From positions 117,109 through 181,108 of IMG/VR virus record IMGVR_UViG_3300045806_000063: a stretch of 64,000 nt of DNA. One strand, written 5' to 3'. Source of the stretch: a virus. Shown piece after piece: positions 37,626 to 48,194 of this stretch (position 1 is its first letter; every line of letters begins with the position of its first letter). Made by a program: the position numbers and the translations under genes. Under the pieces are notes generated by a model. That model was given only the letters and a program-made list of their open reading frames with translations, was not told the origin of the DNA and made no database searches.

Positions 37626-39203
37626 ATGGCAATCTATATCGATATACCAAATTTCGATGAGATATTTGAGGCGTTTGAAGCGAGTGAAGGAGTTATCCTA
37701 CTCAACGATGTACCATATGTTACAGAGGAGGATAAAGTTCTATTTCAGTCGTTAATAGTAACTGAAACAGAAAGTGATGTGCTTTCATCTGTTCCAAAAT
37801 GCAGATGTGGTAAATATCAAAATGCTTATAACGCAGGAGATGGAACAACCCCTGGTAGAATTTGTGAAGTATGTAATACGGAGGTGCAGTACCCTGCAGA
37901 GGAGACAATTGATTCAAAGGTATGGATACGAGTACCAGATGGAGTAGAAGGATTCATTTCCCCATACTTCTGGAACAAGTTAACCACGTTAGCAGCTTCT
38001 ACTAAGGGTCTTAATATCTTACGCTGGGCAATCGATCCTAAAGTAGCAGTACCGTCTAATGCAGGAGAGGTAGTAAAAGAAAAGATAACATATCTCACTA
38101 ATTGTAACTGGGTAAGAAGTCTTAATTACTTCATTAATAACTGGGAAGTATTTTTTGAAATGATTCAAAGTACGACTCCTCGTGCTAAAAGGTCAGCAGT
38201 TAAAAGTGATCTTGATATTCTAAGAGGTTATTCTAAATTATTCTTTCCTAAATATCTCCCACTACCTACAAAGGCATTGATGATTATCGAAAAGACTAAT
38301 GTGGGTAATTATGCAGATACTGTTACCATGTCTTCTGCCATGGCTGCGGCAAAGACAATTGGCGTTATTAATGCACCAAGAGGCCCTTCTGCTAAACCAT
38401 TTTCAATAAAACGTCTAGAGATAGCAACTGTAGATATCTGTCAAAATCTTACAGGATATTGCCAGGTAGCCTTTAAGACAAACATCTGTGGTAAGTCTGG
38501 TTATTTACGAGGTAATGGTTATAAAGCACGATGTGATTGGACCGCTAGGGGAGTAGTTACATCTATACATACTCCACATGACTATGCTGAACTACACCTT
38601 CCCTGGGTTCAGGGAGTGGAGTTATTTAAGATACATTTGTATAACAAATTAATTAAGAAGCATAACTTTACCCATAGAGCTACAATCCTCAAATTGAAAC
38701 AAGCGGTAAACGTATACGATCCGCTGATAGATACTTTATTTAAGGAACTGATAGCGTCTGGTAAGATTCTTGATCGTAAGATCACTTGTGATATGGACTT
38801 CTATATTAGTAGAGGGCTTACTAAAGAACAAGTTGAAACGATTACCCTACCTAAAGTAGGTATACCGGTAATGTTTCAGCGAAATCCAACTTTGGGCATG
38901 GGTTCTGCACAACTACAAGCGTTAACAAGGATTAAAACAGATCTATCGGATAAGTCAGTGTCCCTTAGCGATCTTGTTGCTACAGCGTACAATATGGACC
39001 ATGATGGGGATGCGATGAACTTGACTCTATTATTGCAGCCTCGTTTTGTTGAAGCATCAGAGCCGATGGATATACGGTATGTGATTCATGACACTGTCAA
39101 GTTGGGTAAACTGAATGACAATGTTAAACTACCAGACCCTGCATGTATGACATTAGGGAACTTTGTGAATCAGCGATATCATGAGAATTTAAAATCCCAT
39201 TAA
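37626..39203 (+). CDS. Non-virion RNA polymerase beta' subunit, N-terminal part (phiKZ gp55-like)
   Basis: CRCG...CEVC zinc finger, GKSGYLR, ARCDWTARGVV, FQRNPTL, YNMDHDGD catalytic motif; ATG 37626 after GGA. Confidence 0.9.
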   Translation: MAIYIDIPNFDEIFEAFEASEGVILLNDVPYVTEEDKVLFQSLIVTETESDVLSSVPKCRCGKYQNAYNAGDGTTPGRICEVCNTEVQYPAEETIDSKVWIRVPDGVEGFISPYFWNKLTTLAASTKGLNILRWAIDPKVAVPSNAGEVVKEKITYLTNCNWVRSLNYFINNWEVFFEMIQSTTPRAKRSAVKSDLDILRGYSKLFFPKYLPLPTKALMIIEKTNVGNYADTVTMSSAMAAAKTIGVINAPRGPSAKPFSIKRLEIATVDICQNLTGYCQVAFKTNICGKSGYLRGNGYKARCDWTARGVVTSIHTPHDYAELHLPWVQGVELFKIHLYNKLIKKHNFTHRATILKLKQAVNVYDPLIDTLFKELIASGKILDRKITCDMDFYISRGLTKEQVETITLPKVGIPVMFQRNPTLGMGSAQLQALTRIKTDLSDKSVSLSDLVATAYNMDHDGDAMNLTLLLQPRFVEASEPMDIRYVIHDTVKLGKLNDNVKLPDPACMTLGNFVNQRYHENLKSH

Positions 39204-39206
39204 GTT

Positions 39207-39470
39207 ATGAAAAGTACTAATAGTATCGTATACGCTGAACCTGGCGACAGATTAGACCATTTTGTTTATGGGGTAGGTTTAATTCACATAGTAACACAGA
39301 CCGATACCAGTATAACGATTGAACTGGAATGGGAGGATGAACCTGCACCTACTAAATTACGTTTCTCAAAACGTAAACTTCCAGATAAGGTTGTACTTAT
39401 TAAAAATAAATTTGATCCAACGGAGGATGAATGTTTAAAAATGACAAGCATATTAGTAAATGCGGGATAG
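39207..39470 (+). CDS. Hypothetical protein
   Basis: 87 aa. Confidence 0.55.
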   Translation: MKSTNSIVYAEPGDRLDHFVYGVGLIHIVTQTDTSITIELEWEDEPAPTKLRFSKRKLPDKVVLIKNKFDPTEDECLKMTSILVNAG

Positions 39471-39793
39471 TGGTTTTACATTACCTGGATTTTCTACAGC
39501 TACACTCTAGTGCTGTGGATATTATATTCAGTGTAACTGAGACTGGAGCTATCGGAAGGGCACTGATAGAGAGGAGTGGTAAGACATTAATTGAGAATGT
39601 TCCAATTGAGACAATTGTAAAAGTTGTAGGGTCAGAACCTTTCTCAGCTACAGTAAACAACCACTTATACATCACCAAAGAACAAGTAACTCATTTGAAA
39701 AAGTTACTTGGGATAGAGGAGGTTTCTAAACCTAAACAGTGTTTCTTAAGGAAACTCTTTAAACTGTTACTAGGTAAAATTACACACTACTGA
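39431..39793 (+). CDS. Hypothetical protein
   Basis: 120 aa, overlaps upstream ORF. Confidence 0.5.
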   Translation: MFKNDKHISKCGIVVLHYLDFLQLHSSAVDIIFSVTETGAIGRALIERSGKTLIENVPIETIVKVVGSEPFSATVNNHLYITKEQVTHLKKLLGIEEVSKPKQCFLRKLFKLLLGKITHY

Positions 39794-39807
39794 GTTGGAG
39801 ACCACGA

Positions 39808-40425
39808 ATGGCAAAAGCCATAGGGATATCTAAATACGGAGACGTAGGTAACTATCTATTCTTTCAGCCAACGGATAAAGTTCAGAGCCGCATCAGTAAT
39901 AGATTTCAGAATTTCGTAGCTAATGCTCGTAATAGCGATGATCAATTTATTGACTCTGTTACTGAAAGGTTCAATAATGCAGTAGAAAATCAAACTCTGC
40001 GCATTGATGACTTGTTTAAGCAGCGGATAAGTTCTGTATTCAAAACAAATAAGATACGACATCTGTCTACTATCTCTGATATACAAGAAGCTCCTGACAT
40101 CATGAGACGATGGATAATGGCCGCTCCTGTAGTAAGGGAAAGGTATCAGAATAAAGTTATGTCTGGTTATTCTGGTAAGTTTGATGACCCATTTCCTAAT
40201 CAAAGACCAGGACCACGTCATCACGATTACAGACGTGTCATGAACGGGATAGTATATCGGGAAGAGGATGAATTAGTTACTCATCGATATATAGACGGTT
40301 TTAATACCACGGAGTTAACAACTGCAGAAAAAGCATATATACTGAAAGCTTGGTCTGTTATGGAACAAGCACTTAAAGATGGTGACAATAGCGACCCTAC
40401 CAGCGTATGGAATGGGTTATTGTAA
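39808..40425 (+). CDS. Conserved phiKZ-like hypothetical protein
   Basis: MRRWIMAAP..R..Y....MSGY..., HHDYRRVMNG, DPTSVW motifs recalled from phiKZ-like core genes. Confidence 0.65.
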   Translation: MAKAIGISKYGDVGNYLFFQPTDKVQSRISNRFQNFVANARNSDDQFIDSVTERFNNAVENQTLRIDDLFKQRISSVFKTNKIRHLSTISDIQEAPDIMRRWIMAAPVVRERYQNKVMSGYSGKFDDPFPNQRPGPRHHDYRRVMNGIVYREEDELVTHRYIDGFNTTELTTAEKAYILKAWSVMEQALKDGDNSDPTSVWNGLL

Positions 40426-40471
40426 ATTAACTAGCTCCTTAACCGGAGCTTATTTTTAGAGGAAATAAAAA

Positions 40472-41056
40472 ATGGCTTTATATACAGTTTTAGAAAGTAA
40501 TCTGATCGGTCCTCGAGTAGTTAACTTCCTTGATAAATGCTATGCTACGAGAGAGGAAGTAGAAACAGCGAAAGCAGAAATGTTAGAGGAGGAAAGAAAA
40601 ACATATGGTGATAAGGTAGCTGTCTATTACACGACAGAAGCGGTATTTACTACACTTACCAGAGATCTCCTTAGTGCATTTCTGATTTTAAACGATTTCC
40701 AGAAAGTCCGTAAACAGATTAACCCTGACGCAGTAGTACTTTCGCATAATGCACTTCCTCCGATAATGCTAGTTAGTTTGCACAGGCTGTATATGTCGAG
40801 GCTAGTTTTGTCAGAGTCCTTGTACTCTGAACATCCATCGGTGAAGTTAGCATCGGAATTAGGATTGAAAGATCTTACTGGATGGATCAATAGCGTATTC
40901 ATCCTCTGTGCAAAAAGTGATAACCCTAAAACATGGGAAACTATTATTAAGAATAAGGAAGGGGAACTGAAAGCTATTCAAACAGAAATTGAGGAAAGCT
41001 TCAAAGCTATTCCAGGTGCCGATTCTGATCAAGTAGAGGATATTGAGAACGGCTAA
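40472..41056 (+). CDS. Hypothetical protein
   Basis: 194 aa, GAGG RBS. Confidence 0.65.
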   Translation: MALYTVLESNLIGPRVVNFLDKCYATREEVETAKAEMLEEERKTYGDKVAVYYTTEAVFTTLTRDLLSAFLILNDFQKVRKQINPDAVVLSHNALPPIMLVSLHRLYMSRLVLSESLYSEHPSVKLASELGLKDLTGWINSVFILCAKSDNPKTWETIIKNKEGELKAIQTEIEESFKAIPGADSDQVEDIENG

Positions 41057-41216
41057 TGATAGAAAAAATAAAGATATTGATAGCTGTAATGGTTATATTC
41101 TCGGCTGTCTTAAAGAACAGATTAATTAAAAAATCTAAGCAATAATAATACATGGCTGGCACACATCTTGTGTGCCAGCCATGTAAAATAGGTAGGATTT
41201 TTTTTGGAGCGTTATA

Positions 41217-41609
41217 ATGAAAAATATAGTTTGGCCTAGTCTCAATGGGGAAGGATGGATAACTGACCCAGCTAGAATATTGAATACCTCATTTGCACAC
41301 ACACTAGCATCTGATGTGATACAAACAGGTATATATAGCGGTAGCATAACTTCGATGACTGATATCATAGTTAGAAATCAGAACAACCCTACCGATCTAA
41401 TGCATGCGTTAGAAAATGCATATACTGTATTTTATAATCGTATATTTGATAGTTGTGTGGTAAATGCTACGTATAACCTGAATCCTGATAGCAGTTATAG
41501 TGTTAATCTCGCTATCGTGGTATACAAAGACTCTGTACCATATTCTTTATCTTACACCGGTCCAATGGATGTAAGTTCTTTACAAGCAGCTATACAGGGG
41601 TTAACCTAA
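41217..41609 (+). CDS. Conserved hypothetical protein
   Basis: PSLNGEGWITDP N-terminus; start of the core block before sbcD. Confidence 0.6.
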   Translation: MKNIVWPSLNGEGWITDPARILNTSFAHTLASDVIQTGIYSGSITSMTDIIVRNQNNPTDLMHALENAYTVFYNRIFDSCVVNATYNLNPDSSYSVNLAIVVYKDSVPYSLSYTGPMDVSSLQAAIQGLT

Positions 41610-42161
41610 ATGAGTAATATTGAAGGATTTTGGAATAAACGGTACACTACCGATGCTTATGAGCAGATTGATGCCGAAGAATTAAAAATAACTAGTTTAA
41701 ATAGAATCCCTCAAAAGGTATTCATTAATAACTACCTCCTTGGGTTATTAACTGACCCTGTTAATTTTAGATTAAAATGGTGTAAGGAGGTTTCGTCATC
41801 TCCCTTCCATGAAGTCATCATGGTTAACGATTCTAATGAGGTACTCTGTATCATTCCACCATTGCGCGTAAGTGGCATTGTTGAAGAATTTAAAAACGAT
41901 GTACTTACAGAAGCAATTCACATGTATGAGAAAACAGGAAAAGAAAATGGAATGCCTCGACAAGCTGATAGGGCTTTAGATAGCTTATTGAAAAAGGAAA
42001 TAAAGATAGATATGTCAATGACACCGGAGATTGTGAAACGATGGAGAGACGTAGTAATTCTTTGCGGTTATGAACATTTGTTAACTGAAACCATTGATGG
42101 TAATAAATCTGCATCCGTGGAATTCTTTCAAGGTATTGATGATGGTATTTTATTGGATTAA
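41610..42161 (+). CDS. Conserved hypothetical protein
   Basis: 183 aa; PFHEV...IIPPL motif. Confidence 0.6.
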   Translation: MSNIEGFWNKRYTTDAYEQIDAEELKITSLNRIPQKVFINNYLLGLLTDPVNFRLKWCKEVSSSPFHEVIMVNDSNEVLCIIPPLRVSGIVEEFKNDVLTEAIHMYEKTGKENGMPRQADRALDSLLKKEIKIDMSMTPEIVKRWRDVVILCGYEHLLTETIDGNKSASVEFFQGIDDGILLD

Positions 42162-42164
42162 TAT

Positions 42165-43328
42165 ATGACCACACTTAGAATATTGTACGTTTCAGACATA
42201 CATCTTTTAAGTCCAACAGTTTCTACGAGTTCACTTATAGCTAACCTTGACCGATACTTTAATGTACAGACACTTAAAGGTGTAGACTGTTTATGTTTTG
42301 GAGGAGATATAACTGACAGGTTAGCAACTCTGCCAGATCCTAGAGTGTTTGAAATTCAGCAATGGGTTTATAGATTGCTCTCTGCTTGTGCTGTGAATGG
42401 TACATTAGTTAGAGTATTAGCTGGAACTAAATCCCATGATTTTAATCAGGGTAAGATTTTTGAAGATATAAATGTTTTAGCAAACATAGATTGCGATGTT
42501 AGATACTTCAATGATATATCCATCGAGTTTAATGAGAAACTTGGTATCTCCATTTTATATGTACCTGATGAGATCCGTGGAGATACCAAACAGACTGAGA
42601 ATGAAGTAGCAAGTCTATTAAGGCGATATAACCTAAAGCAAGTTGATATAGCGTTGATGCACGGATACTTTAGCTATCAGACCCCGGAAGCTTTACAGAG
42701 CCATGATGAAAGTTTCTACTGCTCTATAGTGAAACATTTTATATCTATCGGCCATGTTCATACCTATTCCGAATATGATATAATTTTTGGACAAGGTAGC
42801 TTTGACAGGAAGGCACAAGGTGAAGAAGGAGATAAAGGTTTTGTAGAAACTATCATTGACTTAGCCGATCCAAGAAAGAACATTAAAAAGTTTCATAAAA
42901 ACGAATACGCTAATCTATTCATTACCATTAATATAGTGGGTTTGGATACTAAGGATGAAGTGGAAGAGCGATTCTTTAATGTTTTAAAAAGAAGGTTAGA
43001 TTTATTCCCAGACTTACATACTCGTCCAGATCTTTATTTACGTGTTATATATAGTCGAGATAAGGACTTTAAGGATTTGTTTATTGCGTGGAGTGCCAAT
43101 CATAAACAGTCTATTAAATGGGAATTCCAAAAGGAAGAAATTAAAGTAACAAAGATAGTCAATCAGCCGGTGGTTAAGTTCATACCAACGCCCATTAACA
43201 ATGATACCATCTCTGACATTTACACAAGAGCACTTAGGGGTAGAGATCAGCCTACGGAAACAGAAACCTTAGCTGTGATGGAGATAGTACATAACACAAA
43301 AGAGAGAATAAGAAATGGCAAAAAGTGA
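42165..43328 (+). CDS. sbcD: SbcD/Mre11-like metallophosphoesterase nuclease
   Basis: SDIHL, GGDITD, GTKSHD, MHG, IGHVH calcineurin-like motifs. Confidence 0.88.
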   Translation: MTTLRILYVSDIHLLSPTVSTSSLIANLDRYFNVQTLKGVDCLCFGGDITDRLATLPDPRVFEIQQWVYRLLSACAVNGTLVRVLAGTKSHDFNQGKIFEDINVLANIDCDVRYFNDISIEFNEKLGISILYVPDEIRGDTKQTENEVASLLRRYNLKQVDIALMHGYFSYQTPEALQSHDESFYCSIVKHFISIGHVHTYSEYDIIFGQGSFDRKAQGEEGDKGFVETIIDLADPRKNIKKFHKNEYANLFITINIVGLDTKDEVEERFFNVLKRRLDLFPDLHTRPDLYLRVIYSRDKDFKDLFIAWSANHKQSIKWEFQKEEIKVTKIVNQPVVKFIPTPINNDTISDIYTRALRGRDQPTETETLAVMEIVHNTKERIRNGKK

Positions 43329-44151
43329 ATACATTCCTAAGATAGTAGATGGTCGCTCTATTGGTGAGACAATCCCAGTTTCCATAGGCACCGCTATAGC
43401 ATTAGAGCAGTTTGTAGATTCTCAAGAAATGCAATCTGCTTATAATAGTCTATGGATAAATGTCAGAACGATTTTTCGTAATTTGGTAGGGAGTTATGAA
43501 AAGACTCCTACCAAATTACAAACTGGACCAATACTGGATGCTTTTGAAGATGAGATAAGAGAAATCGTAAGTATTAAATCCAAGTACTTGTCAAATGGTT
43601 TTGATATCCATTTGTACTTCCCAACTTACAACTCAGTGCCGAATGTTTTTATAGAGGCAAAAATTAAAGAGCCTACTACCAAACTTCAGTTAGAAGAGGC
43701 AAAGTTAGAAAGACAGGCATGGGAGAGGTTAAAAGTCTTTGGGGATTTAATTAAACGTTTTGATATCAAAATCAATGGCAAACAGTCCCTTGGCTTAATG
43801 TTAACTCATTATCCGATAGATTTATTTTCAGTAACTACTTTTAAAAAGCTATCACTACTGGAGAGCCATACAGGGGTGGTAAAAGAGAGACCAGAATGGA
43901 TAACAAAGATCAGTAAAAATACCGCTTACAGTAATTTACCTTTTAATTTGTTAACCATTCAGGTAGTAGGGGACGGTAAGACATTCCATTGCATGGGTAA
44001 GGCATTCACAAATGCATTATTGAAAGTAGCCGATGGAGGGAAGTGGACTACACTGACCACGAGAGATAAGGTTAAATTTGATTTAGCGAGGATTAATGAT
44101 AAGTATACAGGGGAGGAATTTACAAAGATGCTAACTGTATCTTTAAAATAA
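43315..44151 (+). CDS. Conserved phiKZ-like hypothetical protein (gp66 position)
   Basis: SIGTAIALE, WINVRTIFRNL; synteny. Confidence 0.6.
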   Translation: MAKSEYIPKIVDGRSIGETIPVSIGTAIALEQFVDSQEMQSAYNSLWINVRTIFRNLVGSYEKTPTKLQTGPILDAFEDEIREIVSIKSKYLSNGFDIHLYFPTYNSVPNVFIEAKIKEPTTKLQLEEAKLERQAWERLKVFGDLIKRFDIKINGKQSLGLMLTHYPIDLFSVTTFKKLSLLESHTGVVKERPEWITKISKNTAYSNLPFNLLTIQVVGDGKTFHCMGKAFTNALLKVADGGKWTTLTTRDKVKFDLARINDKYTGEEFTKMLTVSLK

Positions 44152-44201
44152 TAGTTAATGGTCAATAGATATCACATGTATAATAACCTCGGGGAATAAG
44201 A

Positions 44202-44921
44202 ATGGCATTTTTAAATAGAAGTGATGAGTATTGGAGCCCGCTGAAATGTAGCAGACTTACCATATACGGTGAGAAATGGGAGAATGGTAAAGGGACTCCT
44301 TCTTTATCAATAGTTATTACGAAGGCAGGAAACTGCAAATTCGTAGTGTATAAGAATGACGGCGGTAAGAGTGAAGCTTTAAATTTCACTGTTGGGGATC
44401 CAAGTACCCCACTGAACTTATACACTGTAATAGAAGCGGTGGAAGCTGCAGCTAACGATTCAGTTACTAAAGGTGTATTAACTGTATTCAGAAGTGGTTC
44501 TCATTTTGTCGGTACAAGTACACGTACTGAGAAACCAAAAACGACGCATAACATCACTGTGTCACGGGATGAAAAAGGCCGAGTAGTGTTATCGTTTACC
44601 AGTCGAGGAGATGATCCTATCCAATTCCCATTTAGAGCTGCACAGACTTTCGTTCAGTTATCTGGTAATGGCGAACGTAAGTCTGAGGAAGAGGAATCAA
44701 ACTCCATTGCCAAAGGTTGGGTGTCTCTATATAAAGGACTATTAAGTTCCTGGATGGCGTTAGGTCTTGAGAAACAAGAGAAACAAGAGAAGCCGAACAA
44801 TAATCGTGGTGGAAGGAATAGCAGAGCCAATGACGAGGATGACGATGATATTCCAATATCTTCAAAACCTAGTGGTGGCGGAAGTGATTTTAGCAAAGAA
44901 TTCGACGATGATGTCGACTGA
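44202..44921 (+). CDS. chmC: ChmC-like nucleic-acid-binding protein (phiKZ gp67 position)
   Basis: 239 aa beta-rich core with a disordered acidic tail; sits just before the sigma-like and PicA positions. Confidence 0.55.
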   Translation: MAFLNRSDEYWSPLKCSRLTIYGEKWENGKGTPSLSIVITKAGNCKFVVYKNDGGKSEALNFTVGDPSTPLNLYTVIEAVEAAANDSVTKGVLTVFRSGSHFVGTSTRTEKPKTTHNITVSRDEKGRVVLSFTSRGDDPIQFPFRAAQTFVQLSGNGERKSEEEESNSIAKGWVSLYKGLLSSWMALGLEKQEKQEKPNNNRGGRNSRANDEDDDDIPISSKPSGGGSDFSKEFDDDVD

Positions 44922-45018
44922 GGTTTGTAGCATGAAACTTTCATGCTACAAGCTAACGCATACCTTATGAATGATGAAGGGAAAACCATTCAAGTGTATT
45001 CACAGAAGTAACTTTATA

Positions 45019-45050
45019 GGTTTCGCTGACGGAATTCCGTCAGCGAAACC
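45019..45050. terminator. 32-bp perfect palindrome (second hairpin at 44924-44951)
   Basis: ggtttcgctgacggaa|ttccgtcagcgaaacc. Confidence 0.65.
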
Positions 45051-45068
45051 AATTCATAATAACTACAG

Positions 45069-45082
45069 AAATATATTATCTA
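45069..45082 (+). promoter_or_regulatory. Early-type promoter of the nvRNAP operon
   Basis: aaatatattatcta. Confidence 0.7.
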
Positions 45083-45111
45083 TGAGCATCCAATATAAAT
45101 GAGGAAACAAA

Positions 45112-46548
45112 GTGGGTAGAATTAAAATAGGATGGTTAAGTGCAGGAAAGAATAATTCCATTGTAATAAGAGCCAATGGACAGGATCAGCTATGGGCTGC
45201 TGGAACGTGGTCTATGTCTAAACTAAAGTCACAGTTTGTTGATAAAAGTGACTCAGTTAGTTTTATCGTCTTTGAACCACTTAATGATTACTTAGCCACA
45301 TTACCGGATGAAGTGATCGATAATCTAATTGAAGTATATACGGAGGCACTGGAGTTACTAAACGATTCAGTAGATGTTGATAGAGAGGTTCTCAATCATC
45401 AGATACATTTAATAATGCATGACATATGCAAGCTAATTGACTATGAAGACTTTTCAGAATGGATTAGTATTTATGGTAGATTAAATTTTGTAATTGGAGA
45501 AAAGTCAGAATTAGCTGAAACAGATTCAGCAGACATAACCTACTTCACCGATGAGTATCGGAAACTTCTAATATTTTCAGTGTATCTAAAGTTGTTTGCC
45601 CCTATATGGGGATTATACCATTCTGTTAAACGGAAGGAGTTAGGTGAGTCTCAGACGTTCTTAACCGTTTTAGGTATGTTTAGGAATGAGATAATTGACA
45701 ACAATCCCACTATGATCAGACTGTTTGAGTATGTTGATAATCTGAGTAAGAAAAGGATTAAAACTATCGACTACGTACTAACTACTGACCTATCAACAGA
45801 AAGTATCGTAGAGCATTGTGTAATTACTGCACTATGGAAACGGGTTATAATATTTGATGCTCGTTCAGAGGTATCGATAATAAAGAATCTCTTTAATGCA
45901 CTGGATAATATTTTCAATAAGATATCAGCAGCAGGACCAAAACTGAAGTATCAAGTAGGTGGCGATGAGGGTAAACGAGAACCACCACCTAAGTTAGAAG
46001 CTTATAAGATATTCTATACTGTTACGCCATTTGTACAAGTGGCAGTTAACGAGTATATCTCTAGTGGGAATTATCTGAAGGGGCTAGATGAAGTAATACC
46101 TGAACGTGAACTAGAGGAGATGTTTAGATATATCGAGGAGTTAGAAATACGCAAAAGTCATATGACTATCTGTGCAGCAGTAATGAAGAAATCAATAAAT
46201 ACTAGGGATTTTCAATTTTTCACATATGTTTCAATGAGGAGATTGATTACTACTTCTGCATGTCTATTATTAAGATGGGGGTTACCAGCTTTAGCTGATT
46301 TTATAACAGCAACACCGAAAGAAAAAAATATTTCTCTTTTAGCTAGTGGAGGAAAGTCAATAATGGCTATCTCTCCTAGTTTAATGGCTAAGGCTCAAGA
46401 GAAGTATAGCATAGTTGGTTCAGTAGATGAACTGCTAGATATGAAAGAAAATCTCATGAAAGAATTGATTTGTTATGACTGGAATTTCAGATATGGCAAA
46501 GCTGCAGACTTTGGTAATGAGTTATTTACACTGGTATTACGAGATTAG
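45112..46548 (+). CDS. nvRNAP promoter-specificity (sigma-like) subunit, phiKZ gp68-like
   Basis: 478 aa helical protein; synteny; EPPPKLEAYKI motif region. Confidence 0.6.
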   Translation: MGRIKIGWLSAGKNNSIVIRANGQDQLWAAGTWSMSKLKSQFVDKSDSVSFIVFEPLNDYLATLPDEVIDNLIEVYTEALELLNDSVDVDREVLNHQIHLIMHDICKLIDYEDFSEWISIYGRLNFVIGEKSELAETDSADITYFTDEYRKLLIFSVYLKLFAPIWGLYHSVKRKELGESQTFLTVLGMFRNEIIDNNPTMIRLFEYVDNLSKKRIKTIDYVLTTDLSTESIVEHCVITALWKRVIIFDARSEVSIIKNLFNALDNIFNKISAAGPKLKYQVGGDEGKREPPPKLEAYKIFYTVTPFVQVAVNEYISSGNYLKGLDEVIPERELEEMFRYIEELEIRKSHMTICAAVMKKSINTRDFQFFTYVSMRRLITTSACLLLRWGLPALADFITATPKEKNISLLASGGKSIMAISPSLMAKAQEKYSIVGSVDELLDMKENLMKELICYDWNFRYGKAADFGNELFTLVLRD

Positions 46549-46559
46549 AGAGAATTACA

Positions 46560-48194
46560 ATGAAGAATAGATTAACTTTATTAGACCATCCTTCCGTGCA
46601 TGGGGAAGTAAAATTAGCAAAGCTAACATTTATCGAAGTGCCAGAGCATCAAGAACAATTCCATCGACCATTCAAAACAGTATCCATGGGTGGTGGAAAT
46701 ATATCCGATTTGACAACATTAACGAACGGAGGTACTAATTTAACAGCGCCAGCTTTAGCATCGGTAGCTCATACGTTTTTAAGACCATCCGATCAACCTT
46801 GCGGAAAGGTGAATATCAAAAATGGTTTTGCTACAAAACGATTTGCTTTCTTTTTAGAGTTAGTAACACCGCTACATGGCACTAGCGCAAATGATGAAGA
46901 GGTTGAAGTAATCACAGGGTATACGGTTAGCGATTATGAGGATGGAGGAATATCTCCTAGGCATTGGAATTCTGATGAGTGGGTAATCTCTCCGGATTTA
47001 GTATTAGTAGTGAATGATAGAGTGACATTCACTAGACAAATTAAATACGGTACCTTTGGAGGTGTCATTGTCCGGCCTCAGTCTCCAGTTATGTTACTTC
47101 ATAACTACGGGGGAAAGGGAACTGATTATGTTCCAGTACGACCTCAGGATGTCTTAAATCGGGAACATCAGATGCTTGCAGCATCCACAGGTCGGAATCA
47201 TATCAGACTTGATCTTACCGGAGATCTAGATGTTACAAAGCTGGCTAGTGCTCGACACAATAGCCCGATACAGTATCTAAGCGATACCCTGACTTCATTT
47301 GTTAGATCACATGAGCCAACTGATAGATTGACTGGAGCGCATCCAGATCACCAACAGCGAATAGATAATGCCCTTGGTCATCTATCAATGATCAGTTCGG
47401 TCAGTGAGCAGTGTACGAAGTCAACCTATTACAAGGTGATAGGCAAGGCATCTCCTCTCAAATCTCAGAAGTTTGAGATTAGAGACCTTGAGAATACTTG
47501 GGGAGTAAAAGAAGTAGATAGAGTATCTGTGGTATTCTTCATAGAAGATGACGCAGAAATGGTAGATCCGTTAGATACTGAAGGCTGGGGTGGGGTTAAT
47601 ACCTTAACTTCTGTGGCGTATGAACTTAGTCATGTGATGCCGTCGCTACTAATGTCCATGCTGCTATCAGAGCTTAAGATAGAGATAAATGCCGATACGA
47701 TTACTGGTCGGCCAGAAATCTTCATTTATGAACCACTGGCTATTGCAGAGGGTTACTTTAATGAAGAGTGTGAAGAATGGCTTATAGGTCAAATATTACA
47801 GGAGATAGTTATTGGGATTTTGGATCCGCATTTACATGCAGGTTACAAACTATCCATGACTTGCAGACTTACTACTAATTCAGATATTTGGATTACGGCA
47901 GATGGTCTGTATGAAGTACCATATAGCGCACCAGCATTTTGCTCAGCTATAATATCTCCTCAGGTTGGGACATCTGATGACCATTTAAGTGAATTGCAAG
48001 GCTCGGTGATTGAGATGGTAGATTTTGTTCTTAATGAATCGAACCCATTCAGTCACAAACTGGATGTTAAACCCAAATTAGAATTACCAACACAAAGAGA
48101 CCTTGGCTCAAGGGGATTCAATCCTGAACCAAAGATTACAAACCTACACAGAAACACGCCACGGTCCAATGGCAGCAGAGGGAGATTTAAATGA
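46560..48194 (+). CDS. picA: Nuclear-shell protein import factor PicA/Imp1-like (phiKZ gp69 position)
   Basis: 544 aa; HQEQFHRPF N-terminal motif, YSAPAFC near the C-terminus; synteny between sigma-like gene and gp70. Confidence 0.6.
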   Translation: MKNRLTLLDHPSVHGEVKLAKLTFIEVPEHQEQFHRPFKTVSMGGGNISDLTTLTNGGTNLTAPALASVAHTFLRPSDQPCGKVNIKNGFATKRFAFFLELVTPLHGTSANDEEVEVITGYTVSDYEDGGISPRHWNSDEWVISPDLVLVVNDRVTFTRQIKYGTFGGVIVRPQSPVMLLHNYGGKGTDYVPVRPQDVLNREHQMLAASTGRNHIRLDLTGDLDVTKLASARHNSPIQYLSDTLTSFVRSHEPTDRLTGAHPDHQQRIDNALGHLSMISSVSEQCTKSTYYKVIGKASPLKSQKFEIRDLENTWGVKEVDRVSVVFFIEDDAEMVDPLDTEGWGGVNTLTSVAYELSHVMPSLLMSMLLSELKIEINADTITGRPEIFIYEPLAIAEGYFNEECEEWLIGQILQEIVIGILDPHLHAGYKLSMTCRLTTNSDIWITADGLYEVPYSAPAFCSAIISPQVGTSDDHLSELQGSVIEMVDFVLNESNPFSHKLDVKPKLELPTQRDLGSRGFNPEPKITNLHRNTPRSNGSRGRFK

